DNA from: a candidate division WOR-3 bacterium
Lineage (GTDB): Bacteria > Hydrothermota > Hydrothermia > LBFQ01
Assembly (NCBI GenBank): GCA_027050205.1
Contig: JALUCS010000118.1
Coordinates: forward strand, 12,992-76,991
Direction of reading: 5' to 3'
DNA length: 64,000 nucleotides
The number at the start of each line of letters is the position of its first letter. Positions within the stretch are counted from its first letter, which is position 1. A program made the position numbers and the translations under genes. Under the pieces are notes generated by a model. It was not told the DNA's origin, searched no databases, and saw nothing but the letters and a program-made list of their open reading frames with translations. Shown here piece after piece: positions 9,593 through 20,496 of this stretch.

Positions 9593-10909
9593 ATGGAGGT
9601 AAGGGTGGCCCTTCCCGTAATGGACGTAGTCAGGATGAGGGGGGAGATGGTGGTGGAGGGTGGGATCAAGGCGGAGGAGGTGGAGGTTAGAGCGGTAGGG
9701 GGCGACCTGTGGGAGGGGTACGCTGTCTTCAGGCCCTCCCCCCTCGGAAAGCCCTTCGGGAGGTTCCACACCGAGAGGTGGGAGATGGTGGGCCTCTACC
9801 GGGACCTCGGCGAGGCCTACAGGGTGGCGAGGGAGGTCGGAGGGACCTACAGGACGTGGGTTGAGGGTTGGGGAGGGAAGATAGTGGCCGTAATAGACGG
9901 CCGGAGGTGGCTCCTGGACTCCCCCCTACAGGTGAGGGGAAGGGTCTGGATAGAGGAGGTCTGGGTGGGGAGGGGGTTCCACTGGGAGAGGAGGGAGAGG
10001 GCGGCCTACGAGGGGAAGTTCGCCATCTACGGTTGGGGGAAGGGTGTCAGGGTGGTGGTGGGAATGCCCCTTGAGACCTACATAGCCGCCGTCGCCTCCT
10101 CCGAGATGCACCCGGAGGCCCCCCTTGAGGCCCTAAAGGCCCAGGCCGTAGCCGCCCGTACCAACCTCTTCCGTACGGCGGGCAAGCACCACCCGAACGA
10201 GCCTTTTGACGTATGCTCCGAGGACCACTGTCAGGTCTTCAGGGGCCTACATATAACGAGCGATAGGGCGGTTGAGGCCGCCGAGGGTACGGCCGGTGAG
10301 GTACTGCTCTACGACGGGGAACCCATAGAGGCCCGGTACTCCAAGGCCTGTGGCGGCATAACGGAGACCTTCTCCGTCGTCTGGGGGGAGGGGGACAGGC
10401 CCTACTCCCCATCCTTCCGGGACTGGGAGGAGGAGGACGGGAGCGACGCCTCAACCGAAGAGGGTTTTCTCAAGTTCTACCCGGTTAAAGAATCCTTCTG
10501 CAACGTTTCATTCCCCGGCATAGAGAACCTCTACCGCTGGGAGGAGACCTACACGGGGGAGGAGCTGACGGAGAAAATGAAGGGCCTCGGTGTGGGGAAG
10601 GTACTGGCCATCGTACCCCTGAAGAGGGGGAGGTCGGGGAGAATATACGAGATGCGGATAGTTGGGGACAGAGGGGAGGTGGAGGTGGCCGGAGAGTACA
10701 GGATAAGGGAACTTCTAGGGAGGCCCTTCCTACCGTCCTCCGCCTTCGCCATAGACGTAGAGGGGGACCTAATCAGGTTGAGGGGTATGGGGTGGGGCCA
10801 CGGCGTGGGAATGTGCCAGATGGGGGCGATAGGGATGGCCAAACGGGGGTACGGCTACCGGGATATCCTCGCCCACTACTACAGGGGGGCGGAGCTGACG
10901 AGGTTATAA
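9593..10909 (+). CDS. SpoIID/LytB-domain protein
   Basis: [43 protein letters not shown]. Confidence 0.92.
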   Translation: MEVRVALPVMDVVRMRGEMVVEGGIKAEEVEVRAVGGDLWEGYAVFRPSPLGKPFGRFHTERWEMVGLYRDLGEAYRVAREVGGTYRTWVEGWGGKIVAVIDGRRWLLDSPLQVRGRVWIEEVWVGRGFHWERRERAAYEGKFAIYGWGKGVRVVVGMPLETYIAAVASSEMHPEAPLEALKAQAVAARTNLFRTAGKHHPNEPFDVCSEDHCQVFRGLHITSDRAVEAAEGTAGEVLLYDGEPIEARYSKACGGITETFSVVWGEGDRPYSPSFRDWEEEDGSDASTEEGFLKFYPVKESFCNVSFPGIENLYRWEETYTGEELTEKMKGLGVGKVLAIVPLKRGRSGRIYEMRIVGDRGEVEVAGEYRIRELLGRPFLPSSAFAIDVEGDLIRLRGMGWGHGVGMCQMGAIGMAKRGYGYRDILAHYYRGAELTRL

Positions 10910-10916
10910 TAGCCCC

Positions 10917-11762
10917 TTGCGGACCTGGAGGGATAGGCTCATCGTAGCCCTCGGTTTCTTTCTAACCTTCTTTGCCTTGGCCGTCCTCTTTACTTTGGTG
11001 GCCGACGTCTTTATGGACGCCCTCCCCCGTCTGAATATAAAGTTCCTGACCTCCTACCCCTCCCGCCACCCGGAACACGCCGGGATACTCCCCGCCCTCG
11101 TCGGCTCTATCTGGATAGGCATCCTTACCGCCTTAATCTCCTTCCCCCTCGGCGTCGCCACGGCCGTGTATCTGGAGGAGTACGCTCCAAAGAACCTCTT
11201 CACGGAGCTTCTGGAGATAAACATCGCCAACCTCGCCGGCGTCCCCTCCATAATCTACGGCATCCTCGGTTTGGAGCTGTTCGTGAGGGCAATGCACCTC
11301 GGAAAGAGCATAATCTCCGGCGCCCTGATCCTCGCCCTCCTCGTCCTTCCTATGATAGTGATAGCCTCCCGTGAGGCAATAAGGAACGTGCCATACACCA
11401 TCCGAGAGGCGGCCTACGCCCTTGGGGCCTCCAAGTACCAGACCGTCCTCTACCAGGTGATACCGGCGGCCATGCCCGGAATACTGACGGGTACCATCCT
11501 TGCTATGTCCCGCGCCCTCGGTGAGACCGCCCCCTTGGTGATGGTGGGGGCCTTGACCTTCGTCGCCTTCATACCGGAGAGCATATTTGACCCCTTCACC
11601 GTCCTGCCCATCCAGATCTTCAACTGGGTCTCCCGTCCCCAGAAGGAGTTCGCCACCAACGCCGCCGCCGCCATAGTCGTCCTCCTATTTCTAACCTTCT
11701 CCCTCAACTTTCTGGCCATATACCTGCGGAACAGGTACTCCAAGTACGGACGACCGGACTGA
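10917..11762 (+). CDS. pstA: Phosphate ABC transporter permease PstA
   Basis: [37 protein letters not shown]. Confidence 0.95.
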   Translation: MRTWRDRLIVALGFFLTFFALAVLFTLVADVFMDALPRLNIKFLTSYPSRHPEHAGILPALVGSIWIGILTALISFPLGVATAVYLEEYAPKNLFTELLEINIANLAGVPSIIYGILGLELFVRAMHLGKSIISGALILALLVLPMIVIASREAIRNVPYTIREAAYALGASKYQTVLYQVIPAAMPGILTGTILAMSRALGETAPLVMVGALTFVAFIPESIFDPFTVLPIQIFNWVSRPQKEFATNAAAAIVVLLFLTFSLNFLAIYLRNRYSKYGRPD

Positions 11763-12442
11763 TGTTCGTCCTGACGAAGGGAGAGGGCGTTCCCGTCCTT
11801 CTCATACACGGCGTAGCTGGGGACCACCGCATCTGGCACCCTCTCCTCCGGAAACCCTTACCGGGGTTCAGGTTTCTGGCCGTAGACCTTCCGGGCCACG
11901 GTAAGAGTGGGGGGAAGGCCCTTGGGAGGGTTGAGGACTACGCCCAGGCCATCCTTGAGGGGATAGGGGACGAGATAGCTGGGGGGATGGTGGTGGGCTT
12001 CTCAATGGGTGGAGGTGTGGCCGTAAGCCTGTACGCCCTGGCCCCGTCCCTCTTCAAGGCCTTGATCCTCGTAAGTAGCGCCTTCAGGATGCCCCTCATA
12101 TCTCCCACCTTGGGCAGGGAGGGGATGTGCCGGAGGATCTACCTCTCGGAGAGGTTGAGGAGGATGTGCCTAAGGGAGCTAAGGAGGGTACCGGAAGAGG
12201 TGATGAAGACGGACAGGAGGGCGGCCGCCTACGACCTACTCGGATTGGCCCCTTCCGTTGAGGTCCCCGTCCTCTTCGTCTATGGCACACTGGACGCCCT
12301 CCTAAGGAGGGAGTTCGTCTTAGAGAGCTTTCGCAGGGTCAGGAAGGCCTCCCTGTCCTTCGTCCCCTCCTCCCATATGCTACCCGTTGAGGCCCCGGAG
12401 GCCCTCCGGAGGGCCACGTTGAACTTCACTCTACGGCTTTAG
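11762..12442 (+). CDS. Alpha/beta-fold hydrolase
   Basis: LIHG, DLPGHGKS, GFSMGG nucleophile elbow, C-terminal His. Confidence 0.9.
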   Translation: MFVLTKGEGVPVLLIHGVAGDHRIWHPLLRKPLPGFRFLAVDLPGHGKSGGKALGRVEDYAQAILEGIGDEIAGGMVVGFSMGGGVAVSLYALAPSLFKALILVSSAFRMPLISPTLGREGMCRRIYLSERLRRMCLRELRRVPEEVMKTDRRAAAYDLLGLAPSVEVPVLFVYGTLDALLRREFVLESFRRVRKASLSFVPSSHMLPVEAPEALRRATLNFTLRL

Positions 12443-12454
12443 AATTGACGAGCC

Positions 12455-13798
12455 ATGACACAGCTTGAGGCCGCAAGGCAAGGGAAAATAACTCCCGAGA
12501 TGGAGAAGGTTGCCAAGGACGAGGGCCTCCATCCGGAGGTCATCAGACAGGGTGTGGCCGAGGGAACCATCGTCATCCCCGCCAACAAGATACACCTCTC
12601 CCGGAACCTTAAGAAGGTCGTCGGCATAGGGAAGGGCCTACGTACAAAGGTGAACGCCAACCTCGGTACGTCCTACGACTACGTTAACGTGGCCGAGGAG
12701 GTGGAGAAGCTCAAGGTGGCCGTTGAGGCCGGGGCCGACACCGTGATGGACCTATCAACGGGCGGGAACCTCCGGGCCATACGCCAGACCCTCATGGCCG
12801 TCGCCGAGGTACCCTTGGGGAGCGTACCCGTCTACGAGGCCGAGTTTGACGCCGCCCGGAAGAAGGGGTCCGTCTTCCACCTTGAGCCGGACGACTTCCT
12901 TGAGGCCATAGAGAAGCACGCCCAGGACGGCGTAGACTTTATGACCATCCACGCCGGCATCACCCTTGAGGGGCTGCGGTTCATGAAGGAACAGGGCCGC
13001 ACCACGTGGGTGGTCTCCAGAGGGGGAGGCCTCCTCGCCGCCTGGATGATGTATCACAACCGGGAGAACCCCCTGTACGAGCGGTTTGACGACATCCTTG
13101 ACATAATGAAGACCTACGACGTCACCGTCAGCCTCGGCGACTCCCTCAGGCCCGGAAGCATAGCCGACAGCTTTGACAGGCCGCAGATACACGAGCTTCT
13201 GGTCTTGGGTGAGTTGGTGGACAGGGCCCGCAAGGCCGGGGTGCAGGTGATGGTTGAGGGGCCGGGCCACGTCCCCCTGAACGAGATAGAGGCCCAGGTG
13301 ATAGCCGAGAAGAAGATATGCAAGGGGGCGCCCTTCTACGTCCTCGGACCCCTCCCGACGGACGTCGGGGCCGGATGGGACCACATAACCGGGGCCATAG
13401 GTGGAGCCTTGGCCGCTGCCGCCGGCGTGGACTTCCTCTGCTACGTGACGCCAGCCGAACACCTCGGCCTACCCACGCCCGAACACGTGAGGACCGGGGT
13501 AATAGCCTTCCGCATAGCCGCCCACATCGGAGACATAGTCAAGGGGGTGAAGGGGGCCTACGAGTGGGACCTCGCTATGTCCCGCGCCCGCTACGCCCTT
13601 GATTGGGAGGCCCAGCTCAAGTTGGCCCTTGACCCCGTAAAGGCGAGGGAGATCTACGAGATGAGGGCGTCCAAGACGGAGGCCTGCTCTATGTGCGGAC
13701 CCTTCTGCCCGATGAACTTGGTTGAGAAGTTCCTGAAGGACGCCAAGAAGGCCCGCGAGGAGGTCAGGCAGGTTCTGGAGGAGATGGCCACCGCCTAA
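12455..13798 (+). CDS. thiC: Phosphomethylpyrimidine synthase
   Basis: [41 protein letters not shown]. Confidence 0.97.
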   Translation: MTQLEAARQGKITPEMEKVAKDEGLHPEVIRQGVAEGTIVIPANKIHLSRNLKKVVGIGKGLRTKVNANLGTSYDYVNVAEEVEKLKVAVEAGADTVMDLSTGGNLRAIRQTLMAVAEVPLGSVPVYEAEFDAARKKGSVFHLEPDDFLEAIEKHAQDGVDFMTIHAGITLEGLRFMKEQGRTTWVVSRGGGLLAAWMMYHNRENPLYERFDDILDIMKTYDVTVSLGDSLRPGSIADSFDRPQIHELLVLGELVDRARKAGVQVMVEGPGHVPLNEIEAQVIAEKKICKGAPFYVLGPLPTDVGAGWDHITGAIGGALAAAAGVDFLCYVTPAEHLGLPTPEHVRTGVIAFRIAAHIGDIVKGVKGAYEWDLAMSRARYALDWEAQLKLALDPVKAREIYEMRASKTEACSMCGPFCPMNLVEKFLKDAKKAREEVRQVLEEMATA

Positions 13799-13801
13799 GG
13801 G

Positions 13802-14569
13802 CTATATCCAGCCGTAGGTGGGAGGGGAGATCCTTATTATTCGCATAACGTTGAAGTACTTGAACCTCCCCTCCCCCGTATCCCCTATGACGTAACTCTT
13901 CAGGATGGTAATGGGTCGGATGTTCCACTCGGAAAGGCCGTAGCGGTGGGAGTAGTACTTGATGTTCACCCAGCCGTACTGCCGGGCGACCCGCAGTATG
14001 TCCACCGATTTGGCCGGGAAGTTGGACAGGGTTAGGCTCTCAAGACCCTCCACATCGCTGAATATCTCCGGCTTCCTTTCCCTTAAAGCCCTGAATACCT
14101 TGCGGGTTATACGGGCATCCGCCAAGGCCCGGTGGTTCTTCCTCACCTCTATGCCGAGGTACCTCGCCAGTCTCTCTAAGGAGTTGGGGGCGTCCTCGTA
14201 TATGACCTTGGCTATCTGCTTCACGTCCACGACGTAGTTCAGGAGGGGTGGCTCCCCCAGGCGGTAGAACTCAAAGTTCAGGAAGGGGATGTCCAAGCTC
14301 AAGAGGTTGAATCCCACGATTATAGCGTCCTCTAAGAGGGGTCGCAGCTCGTCCTTTACCTCGGCGAAGGTGGGCGCCCCCTTGACGTCGTCGTATCCTA
14401 TCCCGTGGACCTGAAACGCCCTCCTCTTTATGGGGGCCTGGGGGTTGAGGAGGAATGCCCTCTCTTCCGGCCTACCCCTCTCTCCTTTCACCACTAAGCC
14501 TATCTCAACTATCCTGTCCCTCCGGAAGTCCGTCCCCGTCGTCTCAATGTCCAGAAACACCCACTTCAA
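13802..14569 (-). CDS. DEDDh (DnaQ-like) 3'-5' exonuclease with C-terminal WYL-like domain
   Basis: DIETTG, HRALADA; C-terminal NIKY...RP...YV...FNVMRI. Confidence 0.85.
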   Translation of the reverse strand: MKWVFLDIETTGTDFRRDRIVEIGLVVKGERGRPEERAFLLNPQAPIKRRAFQVHGIGYDDVKGAPTFAEVKDELRPLLEDAIIVGFNLLSLDIPFLNFEFYRLGEPPLLNYVVDVKQIAKVIYEDAPNSLERLARYLGIEVRKNHRALADARITRKVFRALRERKPEIFSDVEGLESLTLSNFPAKSVDILRVARQYGWVNIKYYSHRYGLSEWNIRPITILKSYVIGDTGEGRFKYFNVMRIIRISPPTYGWI

Positions 14570-14586
14570 GGCGTTATTCTAAGGCC

Positions 14587-16182
14587 CTACCTGAACCAGA
14601 GGCCAAGGCCTACGGAGAGGACGGAGTGGATCCGCCTTTCCTCCTTGTCCTTGGAAGATAAGGCCCTACCTATCTCCTCCAACCTCATCCTCTCCAGGGC
14701 GAGCATCACCGTCCAGGGGGTCTTCCCGTACCGGTACCATAGGGTGGTCCTCAAGGCGAGGGGCTTGGAGTTCCCATCCCTTAGTACGGTTGGCCCGAAG
14801 GTCGCCCTAAGGTTCCCGCGGCGGTATATCCCCTCCAACCGGACTATCTCGTTCCCCCCGGAGAAGGCCACCACCTTGACGATGGGAGAGCCTACGCCGA
14901 AGCCCCAACCGGCGTTCTTTACGAGGTACAGGGAGGTACTCCACAGGTCGGTATGGACTGCCGCCGTTATCTCGTACCTGTCGGAGGGGGGGAGGGAGTT
15001 CCGGCCCTCTATAAGCTCGTCCGGGTTACCCCTAAGGAAGTACAGGCCCACCTGAAACTCCTCAACGTGTTCCCTCCAAGCCTTCAGGCGGGAGGACGAA
15101 GAAGAGGACGATGAGAGGGAGACCTTTACGGAGCTTGAGGTGGTATCGGTGGAGGTCGTATCCCTTCGGATCTCAACCGGCTCCGGTTCGCTCTCCTCCT
15201 CATCCTTGCCCGTGGTGTCGGGGTTGAGGAGTTTCTCCACCGTCTCCTTGTTGTAGTTGTCGTCAAAGAGGGAGGGCTTCAGCTTGTAGGCCGTCTTGTA
15301 CTCCCTGTTGGCTATCTCGTAGGCCTTGTACTTGTATGCCAAAAAGCCGTAGAAGAAGTGTCCCTCGGCGTAATCCGGGTCCAGCTCTATAGCCTTCTGG
15401 GCGTGGTCTATGGCCGCCTCGTAGTCCTTGAACATCAGGGCCTTCATAAGCCCCCTTCCCAACTCCTCGTAGGCCTCATATACTTCCGTACCGGCGTAAT
15501 GGCCCTTGGTTATGTGCCTAAGCTCTATGTTCCGCAGTACCTTCTTAACGACGGGGACGGGGATAGCGTAGGCCAGACCTTCCCGCCCCTCCCCCTCTCT
15601 GGCAAACACGACCCCCACGACGTCCCCCTTGCCGTCCAACAGCGGCCCTCCGGAGTTCCCCGGATTTACGCTCATATTCAGGAGGATGGGGTTATCGTCC
15701 TTGTCCGAGGCGACGAAGCCGAAAACCACCTTCAGTTTGTTGTCGTGGTAGGAGGTGCCGGGAAACCCCAGGGCTGCCACCGGCTCCCCCTGACGGAGGT
15801 ACTTCCGGTTAGACAGGTGGAGGTACTTGAAGTTCTCCCCCACCACCCTAAGGACGGCTATGTCGTTGTCGGGGTCGTCGTACAGCAACTCGGCGAAGTA
15901 GAGACTCTCCATCAACTCCTTGAAGTTCTCCGTCTTGGCGTCGCTCAAAATTATGGCTATTACCTTCGCCTTACGCACCACGTGGCTGTTGGTGATTATG
16001 GTACCCGTTGAGTCTATGAAGAAGCCGCTTCCGAGGGATACGTTCCAGTCCGCCACCACGTCTCCCATCGCCCTTAGTTTGGGGAGTCCGAAGGCCAGTA
16101 TCCGTACGACCGCCTTCTTCCTGTCCTCCGTAAGGACGGCATCCCAGTTGGGTAGGGTTATCTGTCCGAGGGCAAAGAGCAT
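14587..16182 (-). CDS. Trypsin-like (HtrA-type) serine protease with TPR region and C-terminal extension
   Basis: GSGFF, TNSHVV, DIAVL, NPGNSGGPL; KAIELDPDYAEGHF TPR; Ser-rich linker. Confidence 0.88.
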   Translation of the reverse strand: MLFALGQITLPNWDAVLTEDRKKAVVRILAFGLPKLRAMGDVVADWNVSLGSGFFIDSTGTIITNSHVVRKAKVIAIILSDAKTENFKELMESLYFAELLYDDPDNDIAVLRVVGENFKYLHLSNRKYLRQGEPVAALGFPGTSYHDNKLKVVFGFVASDKDDNPILLNMSVNPGNSGGPLLDGKGDVVGVVFAREGEGREGLAYAIPVPVVKKVLRNIELRHITKGHYAGTEVYEAYEELGRGLMKALMFKDYEAAIDHAQKAIELDPDYAEGHFFYGFLAYKYKAYEIANREYKTAYKLKPSLFDDNYNKETVEKLLNPDTTGKDEEESEPEPVEIRRDTTSTDTTSSSVKVSLSSSSSSSSRLKAWREHVEEFQVGLYFLRGNPDELIEGRNSLPPSDRYEITAAVHTDLWSTSLYLVKNAGWGFGVGSPIVKVVAFSGGNEIVRLEGIYRRGNLRATFGPTVLRDGNSKPLALRTTLWYRYGKTPWTVMLALERMRLEEIGRALSSKDKEERRIHSVLSVGLGLWFR

Positions 16183-16191
16183 CGTTTTATT

Positions 16192-16926
16192 TTAAAGGCG
16201 ATTACCTTCTGCCTTCAAGAAGAGGTCCAGCCAAGTCTCCGGGCTAACCTCCTCCGGCCTGCGGTGGGCGAGGTCCGGCGGTACCCCCTTGAGGGTGTTC
16301 TTCAGCTTCTTCCTGCGCCTGCCGAAGGGTACCTTCAGGAACTTGAGGAACCTAAGGGCGTCTATGCCCAGCCTATCCTCCCGTGGAACGAGCCGGATGA
16401 GGGCGGAATGCACCTTCGGGACTGGGGAGAAGGCCGTTCGTGGTACGTTGAAGAGTAGCCGGGGGGTAAAGAGGGTACGGGTCAGGACGGTGAAGGGGCC
16501 GTAGGCTTTCGTTCTCTCCTTCGCTACGAGCCTCTCGGCCACCTCCTTCTGGAGGATGAGGTGGATGTCCCGGTACAGGGGACGCTCTCCAAAGACCTTG
16601 AGGAGGAGGTCGTGGGTTATGTGGTATGGGACGGAAGAGAAGAACCTCACCCTGTCCGTTATTCCCCTCTCCCTAAGGAGGGCGGCTACGTCCGTCTTTA
16701 GGTAGTCCCCGCATACGGCGTCTATTCCCTTCCGCCTAAGGGCCATGCACAGGAAGGTGTCTATCTCAACGGCTACCACCCTCGCCCCCGCCTTCACAAG
16801 GGGGAAGGTTATGACACCGAGGCCCGGTCCCACCTCAACGAAGGTCTCCCCTTCCTTCGGGTCCACCGCCTCCACTATCTTCCTTACCGTCCTCTCATCC
16901 CGGAGGAAGACTTGGCTTAACTTCAC
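16192..16926 (-). CDS. rsmA: 16S rRNA adenine dimethyltransferase
   Basis: SQVFL, EVGPGLG, VPYHIT, LQKEVAERL, FSPVPKVHSA, RRKKLKN. Confidence 0.93.
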   Translation of the reverse strand: MKLSQVFLRDERTVRKIVEAVDPKEGETFVEVGPGLGVITFPLVKAGARVVAVEIDTFLCMALRRKGIDAVCGDYLKTDVAALLRERGITDRVRFFSSVPYHITHDLLLKVFGERPLYRDIHLILQKEVAERLVAKERTKAYGPFTVLTRTLFTPRLLFNVPRTAFSPVPKVHSALIRLVPREDRLGIDALRFLKFLKVPFGRRRKKLKNTLKGVPPDLAHRRPEEVSPETWLDLFLKAEGNRL

Positions 16927-17861
16927 TTCAGGAGGGGGGACCTGAATGTGATTATCCCTCCGGGACCGTAGGCCAAGACGAGGTACTTACCGTAAGCCCC
17001 CGCATCGTACAGGTACTGGCCGTTGGTGTAGTAGGCCGAGAGCAGGGGGGAGGAGGGCTGGGCGAGGGAGTAGAGTTTGGCACCGTTGCTGCCGAAGAGG
17101 CCTATCAGGACCTTTTTGTACCTGCGAAGGGCGAAGACGGGATGTTGGGTCTTCACCTCACCGACGAGGGGCTGCTCTCCCTTGCTTACGTCTATGACCT
17201 TTATCCCTCCTTTGGCGCAGGCGAGATACACGTAGTTCCCGTAGGGTTCCGCGTCTATTACGGGTGAGCCGTCGGAAGGTTGGTAACGGTAGACCTGCTC
17301 TATCTTCCCGTCCTCTACCTTGAAGATGAAGAGGCCGTCCTTGCCGGCGGATACGTAGAGGTACGGAAAGACGACCTTCAGGGAGGTGCCGGTGAAACCG
17401 GAGAAGGGGACGCTCCCGGCGTCTTGGGGGTCGGTTGGGTTCGTAAGGTCGTATATCTCCAGACCGGTGGAGGTCAGGACGAAGAGGTACCTTGATCCGA
17501 CGGCTACGTTTATGATGTTTCCACCCGTCGTTAGGCTGGTTTTGAGCTGTCCCTTCTGGAAGTCTACTACATCTATGGTGGGGGCGGTACGGGTGTTGTA
17601 TGCCACGTACATAGTCCCCTTGTAATAGACGACGTCAACGGGTCTCTCGCCGGTTACGTACTCTGGGAGCCTTACACCCTTAACGGAGTCCGTCAAGGAG
17701 ACGAGGTTGAGGATCTTGACACCGTCCTCCTTGGCTACGAAGAGGAACCCCCCAACGAGGTGTATCTTCCTGACGTCGCCGAAGGTCCAGGTCCTGAACT
17801 TGTGGAGGCGGTAAATCTCCTCCTGTCCGCCCCCCAACTGCGTTATCAGAAAGGTTATCAT
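16923..17861 (-). CDS. LVIVD-repeat beta-propeller-like protein
   Basis: Repeated YLFV...GLEIYDLTNP and YVYLA...GIKVIDVS units. Confidence 0.8.
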   Translation of the reverse strand: MITFLITQLGGGQEEIYRLHKFRTWTFGDVRKIHLVGGFLFVAKEDGVKILNLVSLTDSVKGVRLPEYVTGERPVDVVYYKGTMYVAYNTRTAPTIDVVDFQKGQLKTSLTTGGNIINVAVGSRYLFVLTSTGLEIYDLTNPTDPQDAGSVPFSGFTGTSLKVVFPYLYVSAGKDGLFIFKVEDGKIEQVYRYQPSDGSPVIDAEPYGNYVYLACAKGGIKVIDVSKGEQPLVGEVKTQHPVFALRRYKKVLIGLFGSNGAKLYSLAQPSSPLLSAYYTNGQYLYDAGAYGKYLVLAYGPGGIITFRSPLLK

Positions 17862-18853
17862 CCCTTCAGGTACTCAATTATATCCACCACACGGTTAGAG
17901 TACCCCCACTCGTTGTCGTACCAGCCGAAGATCTTGAAGAGCCTCGTACCCTCTACGGAGCGGGTTAGGGGGGCGTCTATGACGACGGTACGGTCCTCCC
18001 CTTTGAAGTCTACGGAGACGAGTTCCTCGTAGGTTATGCCGAGTAGGCCCTTCAGGTCCCCTCTGGCGGCCTCTTCGTAGGCGGCGTGTATCTCATCAAT
18101 CGTCGCGTCCTTCTCCAGCTCTACGGTGAAGTCTACGATGGACGGGACGGGTACGGGTACCCTAAGGGCGACGGCGTCCAACTTCCCCTTGAGGTCGGGG
18201 TATATCTCGTAGATGGTCTTGGCCGCACCCGTCGTGGTGGGTACTATGCTTAGGGCGGCGGCCCTGGCCCGACGGAGGTTCTTGTGGGGCGCATCAAGGA
18301 GCCTCTGGTCGTTGGTGTATCCGTGGACGGTGGTCATAAGGCCGTACTTCAGGCCGAACCTCTCCCTTAGGACCTTTATCATCAGGGCGAAGGCGTTGGT
18401 GGTGCAGGAGGCTGCGGATATGACCCTGTGCTTCTCCCTGTCTATGGCCGTATGGTTGGCGCCGTAGACGACGGTTACGTCCGCCCTGTCTTTGGCAGGG
18501 GCGGTTATCAGCACCCACTTGGCCCCGGCCTCTATGTGCTTGTGGGCCTTGTCGTAATGGCGGAACTTGCCCGTTGCCTCCACGACCAGCTCCACGCCCC
18601 AGTCTCCCCACTTGAACTCGGAGGGGTCAGGTATTGATAGGACCTTTATCTCCTTGCCATCGACGAAGATGCTGTCGCCCTTGCTCTCCACATGGGCGTC
18701 GTACTTACCGTAGGTGGAATCGTACTTGAGGAGGTGGGCGAGGGTGCGGGCGTCCGCGAGGTCGTTGATGTAGGCCACCTCTATACCCCTCCGGTGCGCT
18801 ATCTTAAAGACCTGCCTCCCTATCCTTCCGAAACCGTTGATGGCTATCCTCAT
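17858..18853 (-). CDS. gap: Glyceraldehyde-3-phosphate dehydrogenase, type I
   Basis: INGFGRIGR, ASCTTN, WYDNEWGYSNR. Confidence 0.98.
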   Translation of the reverse strand: MRIAINGFGRIGRQVFKIAHRRGIEVAYINDLADARTLAHLLKYDSTYGKYDAHVESKGDSIFVDGKEIKVLSIPDPSEFKWGDWGVELVVEATGKFRHYDKAHKHIEAGAKWVLITAPAKDRADVTVVYGANHTAIDREKHRVISAASCTTNAFALMIKVLRERFGLKYGLMTTVHGYTNDQRLLDAPHKNLRRARAAALSIVPTTTGAAKTIYEIYPDLKGKLDAVALRVPVPVPSIVDFTVELEKDATIDEIHAAYEEAARGDLKGLLGITYEELVSVDFKGEDRTVVIDAPLTRSVEGTRLFKIFGWYDNEWGYSNRVVDIIEYLKG

Positions 18854-18855
18854 GG

Positions 18856-19074
18856 CTACAGTTCCTCCTCTATGTCAAAGGCCTCCTCTTCAAGACGCTC
18901 CTTTATCTGCTCGAACTTACCGACGGAATCTACGAGCCTGTCAAGGAGCCTGTCGGATTCCTCCCTTATCTTCTCCCTAACCTCGTCCCCGGTGTAAGGG
19001 GTAAGGAGGAGGGTCGCCAGGGCGCCCACCACCACCCCTACGACAAAGGAAACGATGACCTTTTCATTCCGCAT
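18856..19074 (-). CDS. YtxH-like small membrane-anchored protein
   Basis: FVVGVVVGALATLLLTPYTGDEVREKI. Confidence 0.8.
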   Translation of the reverse strand: MRNEKVIVSFVVGVVVGALATLLLTPYTGDEVREKIREESDRLLDRLVDSVGKFEQIKERLEEEAFDIEEEL

Positions 19075-19128
19075 AACAGGGTATTATACCGCTGTCGGGC
19101 GGCTTTAAAGGAAAATCCACCGCCTCCC

Positions 19129-20496
19129 TTACGGCATACAGCGGGATAGGATGTCTATCAGGAGGCCGAGGATGAGGGCGTTGGCGAACTTGGCCTGTAG
19201 CTGGGCGGTGTAGAGGTCCAACATACCGGCCTGGATGTAGTTGGGTTTGAAGGCCCAACGCACAAGCTTTACGGCCTCCGGTAGGGTTATGAGAGCCAGT
19301 AGGCTCCAAGGCGTCAGGACCTTCAGGATAACTAAAAGGACGAGGAGGACGTAGGCGGAGAAGACGAGGAGGGCGTAGTAGTACCTTGAGAGGTTTGGGC
19401 CTATGAGGGCGGCGAAGGTCCTGTATCCGCTCTTTACGTCGTCGGCTATATCCCGCATGTTGTTCCCTTGAAGGATGGCCACTATGAGGAGGGCTGCGGG
19501 GGCAAAACCGAGGAAGGGTTTCCAATCAAGGTTACCCGTCTGGACGAAGTAGGCCCCTACGGCTATGAGGGTCCAAGCGAGGAATACGGCGACGTCTCCG
19601 AGGGCGATGTACTTCCACCCCACCGGTATGAAGGCGTAGAAGAATCCGAGGACGAAACCCGCCCCTATCAGGTAAAGGAGCCTTACGTCGTAGCCCATAA
19701 GGTACCAGAGGGCGAGGCCAACCGAGAGGGCGGCGGCGTACAGGGCGAGGGAGAGGAGGAGGACCTCCTTAGGTCGGAGGAGCCTATCCACGAGGACCCG
19801 GCTGGAGCCGAGGGTGTCCCAACGGTCTGCCCCCTTGAGGTAGTCAAAGAGGTCGGAGCTGGCGTTCACGGCGAGATGTACCAGGACGGCACCTACGAGG
19901 GTGAGGAGGAAGCGGAGGGGATCAAAGCGGCCGGCGAGGAGAGTGCCAACGATGACGGCGGAGACGGTGGCGTATATCACCCAAGGGCGGGTCGCCCTTA
20001 CGTAAAGCTGGAGGCGGGAGGGCCGGGGATAGACCTCCTTGAGCTTTTTAAAGGTTTCCCCGTTGAAGTCTATCTCAAAGCGGGGGAGGAATCCGCGGCT
20101 AAGGTCCGTGACGAAGACCCGCTTGGGCCTTATCCTGACGACCGTCGTCTTGGGGTTGGCCTTCAGGAAGGGGACGATGGGGAAGTTCCGGGCGGTTATT
20201 AGGGACCTCTCCTCCGGATGCTCCTCCGTCGGGCCGAGTATCTCGGCCACCCCCTCCCCCTGGATGAACCGAGTCGGCTCCCCGTTCTCTATTACGAAGA
20301 AGACCTCCGGGTTCCTGTGGATGTTCTGGAGGGTATGGCCAGCGTTTTCTAAGATGACGTATATGTAGCCGTCCCTGTCAGCGTAGTACGCTTTGGCGGA
20401 CCAGACACCGTCCCCGTTGCGGGTGGTGATGGTCACCGTGTTGTTGGAGGACAGTATCTCGGCGAACCTGCGGAGTCTCTCCTCAAGGGTGAGCAT
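19129..20496 (-). CDS. menA: MenA-like UbiA prenyltransferase fused to an N-terminal PNPOx-like split-barrel domain
   Basis: RATRPW, NASSDLFDYLKGAD, NNMRDIADDVKSGYRT; ~150-aa soluble N-terminus with NIHRNPEVFF...IQGEG. Confidence 0.8.
   Translation of the reverse strand: MLTLEERLRRFAEILSSNNTVTITTRNGDGVWSAKAYYADRDGYIYVILENAGHTLQNIHRNPEVFFVIENGEPTRFIQGEGVAEILGPTEEHPEERSLITARNFPIVPFLKANPKTTVVRIRPKRVFVTDLSRGFLPRFEIDFNGETFKKLKEVYPRPSRLQLYVRATRPWVIYATVSAVIVGTLLAGRFDPLRFLLTLVGAVLVHLAVNASSDLFDYLKGADRWDTLGSSRVLVDRLLRPKEVLLLSLALYAAALSVGLALWYLMGYDVRLLYLIGAGFVLGFFYAFIPVGWKYIALGDVAVFLAWTLIAVGAYFVQTGNLDWKPFLGFAPAALLIVAILQGNNMRDIADDVKSGYRTFAALIGPNLSRYYYALLVFSAYVLLVLLVILKVLTPWSLLALITLPEAVKLVRWAFKPNYIQAGMLDLYTAQLQAKFANALILGLLIDILSRCMP

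Noticed and set aside
12400..12455. TPP riboswitch before thiC
   Set aside because: Only 12 nt separate the genes and no CTGAGA core is present; thiC appears leaderless.
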